Source: Candidatus Latescibacterota bacterium (lineage in GTDB: Bacteria; Krumholzibacteriota; Krumholzibacteriia; WVZY01). From it: a stretch of DNA of 62,059 bases. Where the stretch lies: the NCBI GenBank assembly GCA_963791045.1, contig CAWBQK010000012.1:1-62059 (forward strand), read 5' to 3'. This document shows, in pieces, positions 47,993 to 56,488 of the stretch (position 1 is its first letter; every line of letters starts with the position of its first letter). The position numbers were made by a program, and so were the translations under genes. The notes under the pieces were generated by a model. That model was not told where the DNA came from. It saw only the letters and a program-made list of their open reading frames with translations, and made no database searches.

Positions 47993-49717
47993 ATGAAGGC
48001 GTTTTTCAGGTCGTTTTTCGCCTCGCTTCTCGCCCTGGTGGTTGTGGTTCTCATGATCGTGGGAATCATCGGGTCGAAGGCGAGTCAGAAACCGAAGATC
48101 GAGGACCACTCGTATCTCGTCGTCGATGTCTACGGGGACATCGCTCCCTATTATCCGCCGGATGGAATCATCGCCGAAATTCTTGGCGGCGGCGAACCTG
48201 AAACGGTTCACAGAATTCTCACCAACCTCGAGAAGGCCGAAGTGGACGACCGCATTGAAGGCGTCATCATGAAGATCTCGAGCAGCAACTCGCTTGGGGC
48301 GGCGTCCACTGAGGAAATCAGAAACGCCATTAAGGACGTTCGCGATACGGGCAAGAAAGTCTACGCTTTCGCTGACGCGCTCGACCGCAATTCGATTTAC
48401 CTCGCGGCTGCTTGCGATTCGATTTTCGTGCCACGAACGGCATACATCAACTTTATAGGCATGGGCGGTGGTGTGCAGTTTGTCAAAGGCACACTCGAGA
48501 AACTCGGGATAAAGCCAAATATTCACAAGATCGACCAATACAAGAGCGCCGCGGAAATGGTCTTGCGTGAAGACATGTCACCCGAAGCCCGCGAGATGAG
48601 AAATTGGATAATGGATGACATGTGGGAAACGGCGATGAGCGAATTGGCCGCGGACCGCGGATTTGGTGAGGAGAAAATCATCGAGATGATGGAGCATGCG
48701 CTTTTCACAGCCAAAGAAGCCAAAGAGGCGGGGCTCGTCGATGAACTGCTCTATTGGGACGAGCTCGAGAATATGCTCAAGAAGGAAGATGACGAGAAAC
48801 TCACGACTGTTTCGCAATCGTCGTATGCGAAAGTCGAGCGCGAGAAGCTCGGTCTAAAGGGCGACAAGACGATCGCCGTCATTCACGCCCACGGGATGAT
48901 CGGAGGACGGAAGAGCAAGACCGATCCCATGCTGGGTCACATGATGGGGCACGAGACGGTCGCCGCCGATCTCAGGCGGGCGCGGCTCGACGAGGACGTC
49001 GCGGCGGTAGTGTTCAGGATAGAGAGCGGTGGCGGAGAGAGTCTCGCCAGCGATCTGATCGGACATGAAGTCGAGATTCTTGCCGGCGAAAAACCCGTGG
49101 TGGTGTCGATGCTCGATGTCGCCGCATCCGGCGGGTATCACATCGCATACCGTGCGAACAAGATCGTTGCCGACCCGATGACGATTACCGGTTCGATCGG
49201 ATCGATCAGCGGCAAGTTCAACACAAAAGAATTCTACAAAAAACTGGGGATCACATTCGATCATATGGAGAAGGGCCCCAACGCGCTCTTTTACTCATCC
49301 AATCACGATTTTACCGATGAGCAGTGGGAGCGTTTTGTCGAGAACCACTGGGCGGATTTCAATGCGTGGCTCGACGATGTCTCGGATCATCGCGGCATAC
49401 CGCTCGAAACGCTCAAGACGCTCGCGATGGGTCGTGTTTGGACGGGCAATCAGGCAAAAGCCAACGGACTTATAGACGAGGTTGGCGACTTGGACAAAGC
49501 TATCGAAATCGCGAAGGAACTTGCAGAGATACCCGCCGACGAAGAGGTGAACATCCTTCACTTCCCGAAGAAGAAGAGTATCGTTGAATCGATAATGGGC
49601 GGAGACGGCGGCAGTGCGGCCCTGCGCTTCCTGCTATACCGCTTCATTCGCGAAGATTTCGCGCAGACCGTCGAGATGCTTCCCTACCACCCGATGCTCA
49701 CCGATTACGGCGAATAG
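47993..49717 (+). CDS. sppA: Signal peptide peptidase SppA, long form
   Basis: 'YKSAAE', 'RIESGGGESLASD', 'VAASGGY', 'TITGSIG', 'GRVWTG'. Confidence 0.93.
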   Translation: MKAFFRSFFASLLALVVVVLMIVGIIGSKASQKPKIEDHSYLVVDVYGDIAPYYPPDGIIAEILGGGEPETVHRILTNLEKAEVDDRIEGVIMKISSSNSLGAASTEEIRNAIKDVRDTGKKVYAFADALDRNSIYLAAACDSIFVPRTAYINFIGMGGGVQFVKGTLEKLGIKPNIHKIDQYKSAAEMVLREDMSPEAREMRNWIMDDMWETAMSELAADRGFGEEKIIEMMEHALFTAKEAKEAGLVDELLYWDELENMLKKEDDEKLTTVSQSSYAKVEREKLGLKGDKTIAVIHAHGMIGGRKSKTDPMLGHMMGHETVAADLRRARLDEDVAAVVFRIESGGGESLASDLIGHEVEILAGEKPVVVSMLDVAASGGYHIAYRANKIVADPMTITGSIGSISGKFNTKEFYKKLGITFDHMEKGPNALFYSSNHDFTDEQWERFVENHWADFNAWLDDVSDHRGIPLETLKTLAMGRVWTGNQAKANGLIDEVGDLDKAIEIAKELAEIPADEEVNILHFPKKKSIVESIMGGDGGSAALRFLLYRFIREDFAQTVEMLPYHPMLTDYGE

Positions 49718-49740
49718 CGATTACGCACCGGTCAGCATTC

Positions 49741-49775
49741 AAAAAAAGGGGCCGCCTTCATGGCGGCCCCTTTTT
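49741..49775. terminator. Bidirectional terminator between sppA and kynU
   Basis: AAAAAAAGGGGCCGCC-TTCAT-GGCGGCCCCTTTTT. Confidence 0.85.
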
Positions 49776-49828
49776 ATATCGAACGAACTTCAACGTCAAA
49801 GATACGAAAACAACGCCATACGACTTGT

Positions 49829-51097
49829 TTACTCGTACTCTTCGCTGTCGATAATTTCCTTGATGTGCCTGACGACCAGCCAGATCTCGTGGAAGGTGTT
49901 ATAGAGCGGGCTCGGGCAAAGACGAATTACGTTGGGCGGACGAAGATCACCGACAACTCCCCGCGACTTGAGAGCGGCAAACACACCCGCCGCGTGGCTC
50001 CCGTGTTCGAGCGCCACATGGCCGCCTCTTTTCGCCGCTTCGCGCGGTGATCCGATCGTGAATCCGTAGCGATCACCGGCAAGTTCGTTGTCGACCAGGT
50101 GACAGAGATACGATGTCATCCGCAGAGATTTCTCCCGGACCGCTGCGATCCCTGCTTCGCGAATAATGGCGAGTGAACCCTCAATGGGAGCCGCCCCAAG
50201 AATTCCCGGCGATGAAATCTGCCAACCGCCCGCCGAACGCTGGGGTTCGAAGTCCAGCAGCATCTCGAACTGTTTGTCTTTTCTGTAACCAAACCAACCG
50301 GTGAGAGCGGGCTCGCGATTGAAATGCCTGTCACGAACAAAGAGAAAAGCCGGGCTTCCGGGCCCGCCGTTGAGGTACTTGTAACTGCACCAGAACGCGA
50401 AATCTACATCCCAATCATCCAGATAATGCGGCAACACACCGACCGAATGGGAACAATCCCACCCGATAACGATTCCGCGACGGTGGGCTTCCCTCGTCAA
50501 CCGCTCGATATCGAGCAGCTGTCCGCTTCTGTACAAAACGGATGGAAGCACCGCGACGGCGATGTCTTCTGTCATGTGGTCGATAATTTCGGATTCATCA
50601 AGGTGCCGGCCGTTCGCGCTGGGAGCGAGCACGAGATCCTCGGCGGGATCGCCGCCCCGCATGCGAATCTGACTCTGGAGCGCATAGATATCGCTTGGAA
50701 AATTGAGTTCGTCGGCAAGAATCTTTTTCCGCCGACCCTCGGGTTGAAAGAACGTGCTAACCAGCGCGTGAAGATTGATCGTCGTGGTCCCCGTCGCGAC
50801 AACCTCCTCCGGTCGCGCGCCCACGAGTTCGGACATTTCGGCGCCAAACCTCTCCGCGAAGTACAACCACGGCTTCTCCGTATCCATCCAGCCATCGATC
50901 GCATCCGTTTTCCATTCGTCAATCACGCGCTCGACACACTTTTGTGAGTCCTTCGAAAGAAGCCCGAGCGAGTTTCCATCAAAATAGATTTTGCCGGCAG
51001 GAACAAAAAAACGCTCTCGGAACCGCAAGAGCGGATCGGAGGCGTCGAGTGCGATGGCGTGAGATTCTTGCGAGGAGAAATCGTCCGTGTTCTTCAA
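49829..51097 (-). CDS. kynU: Kynureninase
   Basis: 'YFDGNSLGL', 'NFPSDIY', 'WDCSHSVG', 'WCSYKYLNGGPG', 'GWFG'. Confidence 0.93.
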   Translation of the reverse strand: MKNTDDFSSQESHAIALDASDPLLRFRERFFVPAGKIYFDGNSLGLLSKDSQKCVERVIDEWKTDAIDGWMDTEKPWLYFAERFGAEMSELVGARPEEVVATGTTTINLHALVSTFFQPEGRRKKILADELNFPSDIYALQSQIRMRGGDPAEDLVLAPSANGRHLDESEIIDHMTEDIAVAVLPSVLYRSGQLLDIERLTREAHRRGIVIGWDCSHSVGVLPHYLDDWDVDFAFWCSYKYLNGGPGSPAFLFVRDRHFNREPALTGWFGYRKDKQFEMLLDFEPQRSAGGWQISSPGILGAAPIEGSLAIIREAGIAAVREKSLRMTSYLCHLVDNELAGDRYGFTIGSPREAAKRGGHVALEHGSHAAGVFAALKSRGVVGDLRPPNVIRLCPSPLYNTFHEIWLVVRHIKEIIDSEEYE

Positions 51098-51100
51098 TCG

Positions 51101-53998
51101 TTATCCTGTTTGTCGAAGTTTCGAGAGACGAGACCGGGCGTCGGCAACTTCGTCTATCCCCGCATCGGCGTCTCCCCATTTAGAGAGAAACTTCTCGTAC
51201 TGTTCCGCCGCTTTCTCGGACTTGCCGGCCTCTTCATACGCCATACCAAAGTAGTAATAAGCGAGGGACCCCTCGATGGGGCTCGTCGCGCGGTCTTCCG
51301 AAAACCGGCGCAGCAAGCGATCGAATTCGTTGACCGCTTCGATGACGCGGCCGGCTTTGAGGTAGCTCCGCGCCAGATAGTATCTCGCGTAAAAACCTTC
51401 GTTATTTTTCAGAACCCGTTCGAAGTTCACAATCGCCGAATCGACCACGCCCTCGGCGAACGCGATATCTCCCTTCGAAAACGTGTAGAAGTTCTTCCGG
51501 GATCTATCATATGCCTCGATGGACTCGCGATAAATTTCGAGCTGCTTCTTCGCGCCTTCATAGTCTCCCGAACGCGCGAGCATTCTCACATGCGAGCCGG
51601 TTCCAAATGTGGGATCTTCGGGGTAACGAGCGGAAAACGCCCGTCGCCACTTCTCCCCCTCGGCGAGCCCCTTGTCAAAGTCACCCTGAAAAGAATAGAG
51701 CGATGCGATGGCATTGCCCTTTTCGTAATATCCATCGCCGAAAAACCCTTCGGCCTCATCGGCAGCCATACCTTCGCGGAGCATCCGGATGCCTTCGTTG
51801 ATTTTCCCCTGGTGCAGAGGTATCAACGCCAGGAGAAGGCGGCCCCATGACCGATAATCAGGGGTTCCGCCGGCGGCGACGCGATCGTAGTACGTCTTCG
51901 CCGTTTCATAGTCGTTTTTGAAGAGATGCATATGGCCCATCTTTATCAGCGACGGGCCAAAATCAGGCTTTCTTTCCAAAGCTTCCCCGTAGGATCCGAT
52001 CGCCTTGTCCAGCTTGCCGCTGAAGGCATACAGGTCCCCTCGCGAGTCGTAGGGGTTGGCCTCGTCGGGCGCGAGGGCCATATATTGGTAAATCGCCCAT
52101 ATATAATTGTCAATGTCCCCGGCCGCCTGGTACGCATAAGCAAGAACGTTGTAAGTGAACTTGTCCATCGGATCGAATTCGATGACCTGCCGGTAATACT
52201 CGATCGCCTTTTCTGAATCTATCCTCCGGGTCCGATAAATATCTCCAAGCGCCTTGTACGCGTCCTTCTCATTTGGATTCTCTTCGATAATCGCTTCGAG
52301 TTCGGCAATCGCCGTATCGATGTCTCCTTCCACAAGAGCCGCGGTGCTCTGTATATAATGTTTCTCGGTCTTGCTCGCCTTTTCCGAGTATCGAATCGCT
52401 TTGCCTATTGCCTCGCGTCTCTCTGCGCGATTGGTAAACAGTCCCGACGCCATCCGCAAGTACACCATCGCAAACGTCGAATCATACTCGAGCGCCTTCT
52501 CGAAACACACCTTTGCTTCTGGGCCATAGTACTTGTTGACGTACTCGACACCCTCGAGATAATGCCGGTACGCCTCCGCCGAGTTCGTGGTCACGCTCGC
52601 CACCGGAGAATCCAGTTCCCCGCGCGCCGCGGCGGGGAGCGCGAGATCTTCCTGAACCTCGTCGGTCAGCTGATCGACGAGCGCGAAAACCTCGTCATCC
52701 GCATCACCCGTAACCCTCTGAGACGCGACGATCCGCCCGCTTTCAACATCAACGAGTTGTGAGGTCATGATCAGCGTGGGCTCTTCCTGGAGAATGCTCC
52801 CAAGGAGCATCCATTTGGCTCCGGCGTGATGGGCAACCTGCGTGGCCGTGTCCCGGTCGATTACCTTCACACCCTCCTTGCCCTGGAGCTTGAGGATGTC
52901 GTAGAGCCGCTGGCTCGACACCACCTGTATATAATCGGACTCTGACAGGTCTGTAATGAGTAGGTTTGTGACGATTTCACCCAGACGGCGTGGATCCTCC
53001 CGATCGACAACATTCTCGAAATACATAATTGCCAATGAGTTACCCGCAGCCACTGCGGTCTGTTCGGCACTTATCTGAAACTCAAAGGGCTTGAAAACAA
53101 AAAAGAGAGCGACGGCGAGAAACACAACCGACGTTGGGAGCACATACTTGAGTACGCCCCGGTTCGGCCTTGACGCGAGAGGACGCATCCCTGCCTGGAG
53201 TCTTTTCAGGTCTTCGGCCATCCGGCCCGCCGAGTCGTAACGGTCGTCGCGTTTTTTCTCCAGCGCCTTCGACACAACCTGTTCGATGGCCTGTGGAATT
53301 CTCTGGTAAAAGCGCGAAAGAGGTTTGGGTTCCTCGTTTGTGATCGAATACACAACCGCGGCGGTGTGTTCACCGGGGAACGCAGGACGCCCAGCGAGCA
53401 TTTCGTACAGGACAGCGCCAAGCGAAAACAAATCTGACCGGCCGTCGATATCCTCTCCACGCGTTTGTTCCGGAGACATGTAGAAGATTGTCCCCATTGT
53501 CGAGAGATCGCTCGTCAACTTGCTCGCACCGGCAAGTTTTGCCAGCCCGAAATCGAGAATCTTGACATGACCCTCGCGATCCACAAAAATGTTGCCTGGT
53601 TTAATATCTCGATGGACGATCCCCGCCTGGTGGGCGTTATCGAGACCCGCGAGGATTTGAAGCGCGATGTCGAGCGCCCGCTCGACCGTCATGTCATTGC
53701 GCGCAATAACTTCGGCAAGCGATTCCCCGTCGACATAGGCCATCGCTATGAACGGCCGACCTTTGTGATCGCCAACTTCATATACCGTAATTATATTGGG
53801 ATGGTTCAACCCCGCCGCGGTCTGGGCCTCGCGTTTGAAACGGGCCAGCGTATCCGCATCGGACGCGAACTGTTTCGGGAGAAATTTCAGCGCGACTTTT
53901 CGGTTGAGATCGGTATCCTCGGCAAGATACACCTCGCCCATGCCCCCTTCACCGAGCTTCTCAAGGATCGTATATTTTGATACAACGCTGCCGATCAT
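51101..53998 (-). CDS. Membrane-anchored Hanks-type Ser/Thr kinase with TolB-like and TPR extracytoplasmic region
   Basis: 'LGEGGMGEVY', 'VALK', 'HRDIKPGN', 'DFGLAK', 'YMSPEQ'; TM 'VVFLAVALFFVF'; TPR-like repeats. Confidence 0.92.
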   Translation of the reverse strand: MIGSVVSKYTILEKLGEGGMGEVYLAEDTDLNRKVALKFLPKQFASDADTLARFKREAQTAAGLNHPNIITVYEVGDHKGRPFIAMAYVDGESLAEVIARNDMTVERALDIALQILAGLDNAHQAGIVHRDIKPGNIFVDREGHVKILDFGLAKLAGASKLTSDLSTMGTIFYMSPEQTRGEDIDGRSDLFSLGAVLYEMLAGRPAFPGEHTAAVVYSITNEEPKPLSRFYQRIPQAIEQVVSKALEKKRDDRYDSAGRMAEDLKRLQAGMRPLASRPNRGVLKYVLPTSVVFLAVALFFVFKPFEFQISAEQTAVAAGNSLAIMYFENVVDREDPRRLGEIVTNLLITDLSESDYIQVVSSQRLYDILKLQGKEGVKVIDRDTATQVAHHAGAKWMLLGSILQEEPTLIMTSQLVDVESGRIVASQRVTGDADDEVFALVDQLTDEVQEDLALPAAARGELDSPVASVTTNSAEAYRHYLEGVEYVNKYYGPEAKVCFEKALEYDSTFAMVYLRMASGLFTNRAERREAIGKAIRYSEKASKTEKHYIQSTAALVEGDIDTAIAELEAIIEENPNEKDAYKALGDIYRTRRIDSEKAIEYYRQVIEFDPMDKFTYNVLAYAYQAAGDIDNYIWAIYQYMALAPDEANPYDSRGDLYAFSGKLDKAIGSYGEALERKPDFGPSLIKMGHMHLFKNDYETAKTYYDRVAAGGTPDYRSWGRLLLALIPLHQGKINEGIRMLREGMAADEAEGFFGDGYYEKGNAIASLYSFQGDFDKGLAEGEKWRRAFSARYPEDPTFGTGSHVRMLARSGDYEGAKKQLEIYRESIEAYDRSRKNFYTFSKGDIAFAEGVVDSAIVNFERVLKNNEGFYARYYLARSYLKAGRVIEAVNEFDRLLRRFSEDRATSPIEGSLAYYYFGMAYEEAGKSEKAAEQYEKFLSKWGDADAGIDEVADARSRLSKLRQTG

Positions 53999-54063
53999 GA
54001 TCTTTTTCCGCCTGCCTTTGAATTCTCCACCATAATTAACCACAAAGAGTTAAGAATTCAAAG

Positions 54064-54837
54064 TCAAAATATTATCGAAAGACAAGTAAGGCTGCCCCCT
54101 CCCTTATAAAATTCGGACATTTGCATCTCGATAGTCTCAAATCCCACGGCTTCGATAGCTGATTTCGTGCGCGGATACCCTTGGCTTATGAGCACCTTCC
54201 CGTTCACACCCAGACAATTCGCACTGTATTCATCTTCTTTAGACACCAAAACCTGTTGAAAGTTGTGAAAAATCGCCCTGTCGAAACAATTCGGCGCGAC
54301 GAGAAGGAAGTCCTCTCCGATGTGCGTGCAGGCACTTTTCAAGTGAAGTACATTGCGGAGCTCAACAGCGACGGCCTCGTAACCAAGCTCATTGGCCACC
54401 CGTTCGAACGATTTGAATCCCTCGCGGTTGGACCGGTGGGTGAGCCCCACATAGAACCGCCCTCCGGCGAACATGACGTCACCGCCGTCGAGCGTTGCCG
54501 GCGGGGCCATTTCATATATTTTCTTCCGCGTACCCAAGATACTTCGGATTTCAACCGCTTCCCCAACCCGCGATGGCGCGCCGACGTTGAGGACCATCGC
54601 CGCGGAATCAATAACGACGGCGGGATCTTCAACATAGCAACAGTCCGGATAGCGGTCGTCGGGTTCGACACGGATTAGTTCCAGTCCCAGCGATTCAAGC
54701 GTTTGACAGTAGCGGCCGTGCTGCCGGCGCGCGAGTTTCACATCAATCGGCCCCGTGATCCCCGGTCTCTTGATGCACTCGTCATAAGTCGAGGCGACCC
54801 CGCTGACAACCGCATATTCGGCTTTTCTTGTGTCCAT
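54064..54837 (-). CDS. Dimethylarginine dimethylaminohydrolase family protein
   Basis: 'YPDCCYVED', 'LDGGDV', 'LHLKSA', 'GGSLTCLS'. Confidence 0.9.
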   Translation of the reverse strand: MDTRKAEYAVVSGVASTYDECIKRPGITGPIDVKLARRQHGRYCQTLESLGLELIRVEPDDRYPDCCYVEDPAVVIDSAAMVLNVGAPSRVGEAVEIRSILGTRKKIYEMAPPATLDGGDVMFAGGRFYVGLTHRSNREGFKSFERVANELGYEAVAVELRNVLHLKSACTHIGEDFLLVAPNCFDRAIFHNFQQVLVSKEDEYSANCLGVNGKVLISQGYPRTKSAIEAVGFETIEMQMSEFYKGGGSLTCLSIIF

Positions 54838-54846
54838 ATTCAGTAC

Positions 54847-54873
54847 CTACGATGTCACAGTCGAATGGTTTCC
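54847..54873 (-). promoter_or_regulatory. Putative SigW-type ECF promoter of DDAH-kinase-kynU
   Basis: Minus strand GGAAAC-N16-CGTAG, 9 nt before the ATG; no SD sequence (near-leaderless). Confidence 0.5.
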
Positions 54874-55060
54874 CGCGATAACTGTGAAAACAAACTTCCT
54901 GGAACCGGCCCGAACAACAGCGCTTCCATAACTTTAATGTTGCCACCGGCACCCGATTTGCTGCATGATTACAGGAAGTCAGACACATGCCCAATTTTCA
55001 CACATAATTTATATTGACGGTCCGAATTATCCAGACTCGCAGAATCGTAAGGAGAGGTCA

Positions 55061-56386
55061 ATGCCCAAGTCACAGCGGAAGCTCGGGATACTCGTAGGAG
55101 GGGGCCCCGCGCCAGGGATCAACAGCGTCATTGCAGCCACGACCATCCGAGCAATTGCCGAAGGCTTTCCTGTCATAGGATTGACCGAGGGTTACAAGTG
55201 GATCATGCAGGGTGATACAACCCACTTCAAACGTCTCAAGATCGATGACGTCACCCGTCTTCATTTTCGCGGCGGCTCCCACCTGGGAATCGCAAGGGAG
55301 AACCCCACAAAGGACCCTAAGCATCTTGAGAACTGTGTAACATCGCTAGTAGCGATGGGCATCGACAAGCTCATTACGATCGGCGGCGATGATACAACTT
55401 TTGCCGCTATGAAGCTCGAAGAGGCCGCGGCCGGACGAATTCGAGTCGTCCACGTTCCAAAGACAATCGACAACGACCTCGACCTCCCGCAGGGCATCCC
55501 GACATTTGGATTCCAAACGGCGAGGCACGTCGGCGTAGGAATCGTAAAAAACCTTTTGGCGGACGCCCGATCAACCGCCCGGTGGTATCTCGTTATCTCG
55601 ATGGGGAGAAAAGCGGGCCACCTCGCGTTGGGAATCGGAAAAGCCTCGGCGGCGACCGCGACTATCATCCCCGAAGAGTTTCCTGACAAAAAGATCCGTC
55701 TCAGTCACATCGCGGACATCATCGCAGGAGCCATTATCAAACGGCGTGCGGCGGGACGGTTCGACGGGGTTGCCATCCTCGCGGAAGGTCTAATGGAACG
55801 GCTCGACCCCGCGGATCTCAAGGAGCTTGAAACCGCGGAACGCGACCAGTATGGGAATATCCGTCTCGGTGAAATCCAGTTCGAGCCGATCATCAAAAAC
55901 GCCATTGCCACCCGGCTGGCCCAGTTCAACCTCAAAACAACCCTGACCACATTCGATATCGGTTACGAGCTCCGCTGCGCCGATCCCATTCCGTTCGACA
56001 TGGAATACACCCGGGACCTCGGCTACTGCGCGGCGCAATTTATCATCAACGGCGGAAGCGCCGCGATGGTTTCCATAATCGACGGTCATTTCAGACCGCT
56101 TTACTTCAAAGACATGCTCGACGCCGAAACCGGAAAGGCAAGGGTCCGTATGGTCGACGTTGGCTCCGAGCATTATCACATTGCCCGACGCTACATGATC
56201 CGTCTCAACAAGCGTGATTTTACCGACAAAAAGGATCTCGCAAAATTCGCGGAGGTTTGCGGCCTCACTCCCGAGCAGTTCAAGAAAGAATTTCAATATC
56301 TTGTCGAGAAAAACGTGCTCTACAAAATTCAGGAAGAAGAAGCACAGAGAAGACGGGGAGTCGAGAAGATAACGTCGCCGTTCTGA
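55061..56386 (+). CDS. pfp: Pyrophosphate-dependent phosphofructokinase
   Basis: 'GGGPAPGIN', GGDD and PKTIDND signature of PPi-dependent PFKs, 'MGRKAG', 'GYELRC'. Confidence 0.88.
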   Translation: MPKSQRKLGILVGGGPAPGINSVIAATTIRAIAEGFPVIGLTEGYKWIMQGDTTHFKRLKIDDVTRLHFRGGSHLGIARENPTKDPKHLENCVTSLVAMGIDKLITIGGDDTTFAAMKLEEAAAGRIRVVHVPKTIDNDLDLPQGIPTFGFQTARHVGVGIVKNLLADARSTARWYLVISMGRKAGHLALGIGKASAATATIIPEEFPDKKIRLSHIADIIAGAIIKRRAAGRFDGVAILAEGLMERLDPADLKELETAERDQYGNIRLGEIQFEPIIKNAIATRLAQFNLKTTLTTFDIGYELRCADPIPFDMEYTRDLGYCAAQFIINGGSAAMVSIIDGHFRPLYFKDMLDAETGKARVRMVDVGSEHYHIARRYMIRLNKRDFTDKKDLAKFAEVCGLTPEQFKKEFQYLVEKNVLYKIQEEEAQRRRGVEKITSPF

Positions 56387-56414
56387 CGGCCCCAACCACC
56401 TGAGAGCCCCTCAA

Positions 56415-56451
56415 AAAGAAGTCCGACAACCGCGTGGGTTGCCGGACTTCT
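56415..56451. terminator. Terminator hairpin between convergent pfp and M6 protease genes
   Basis: AGAAGTCCGACAACC-GCGTG-GGTTGCCGGACTTCT preceded by an A-tract. Confidence 0.65.
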
Positions 56452-56488
56452 GTCCCCTGAGTAATGTCGGACGAATACGTTTGATGCG

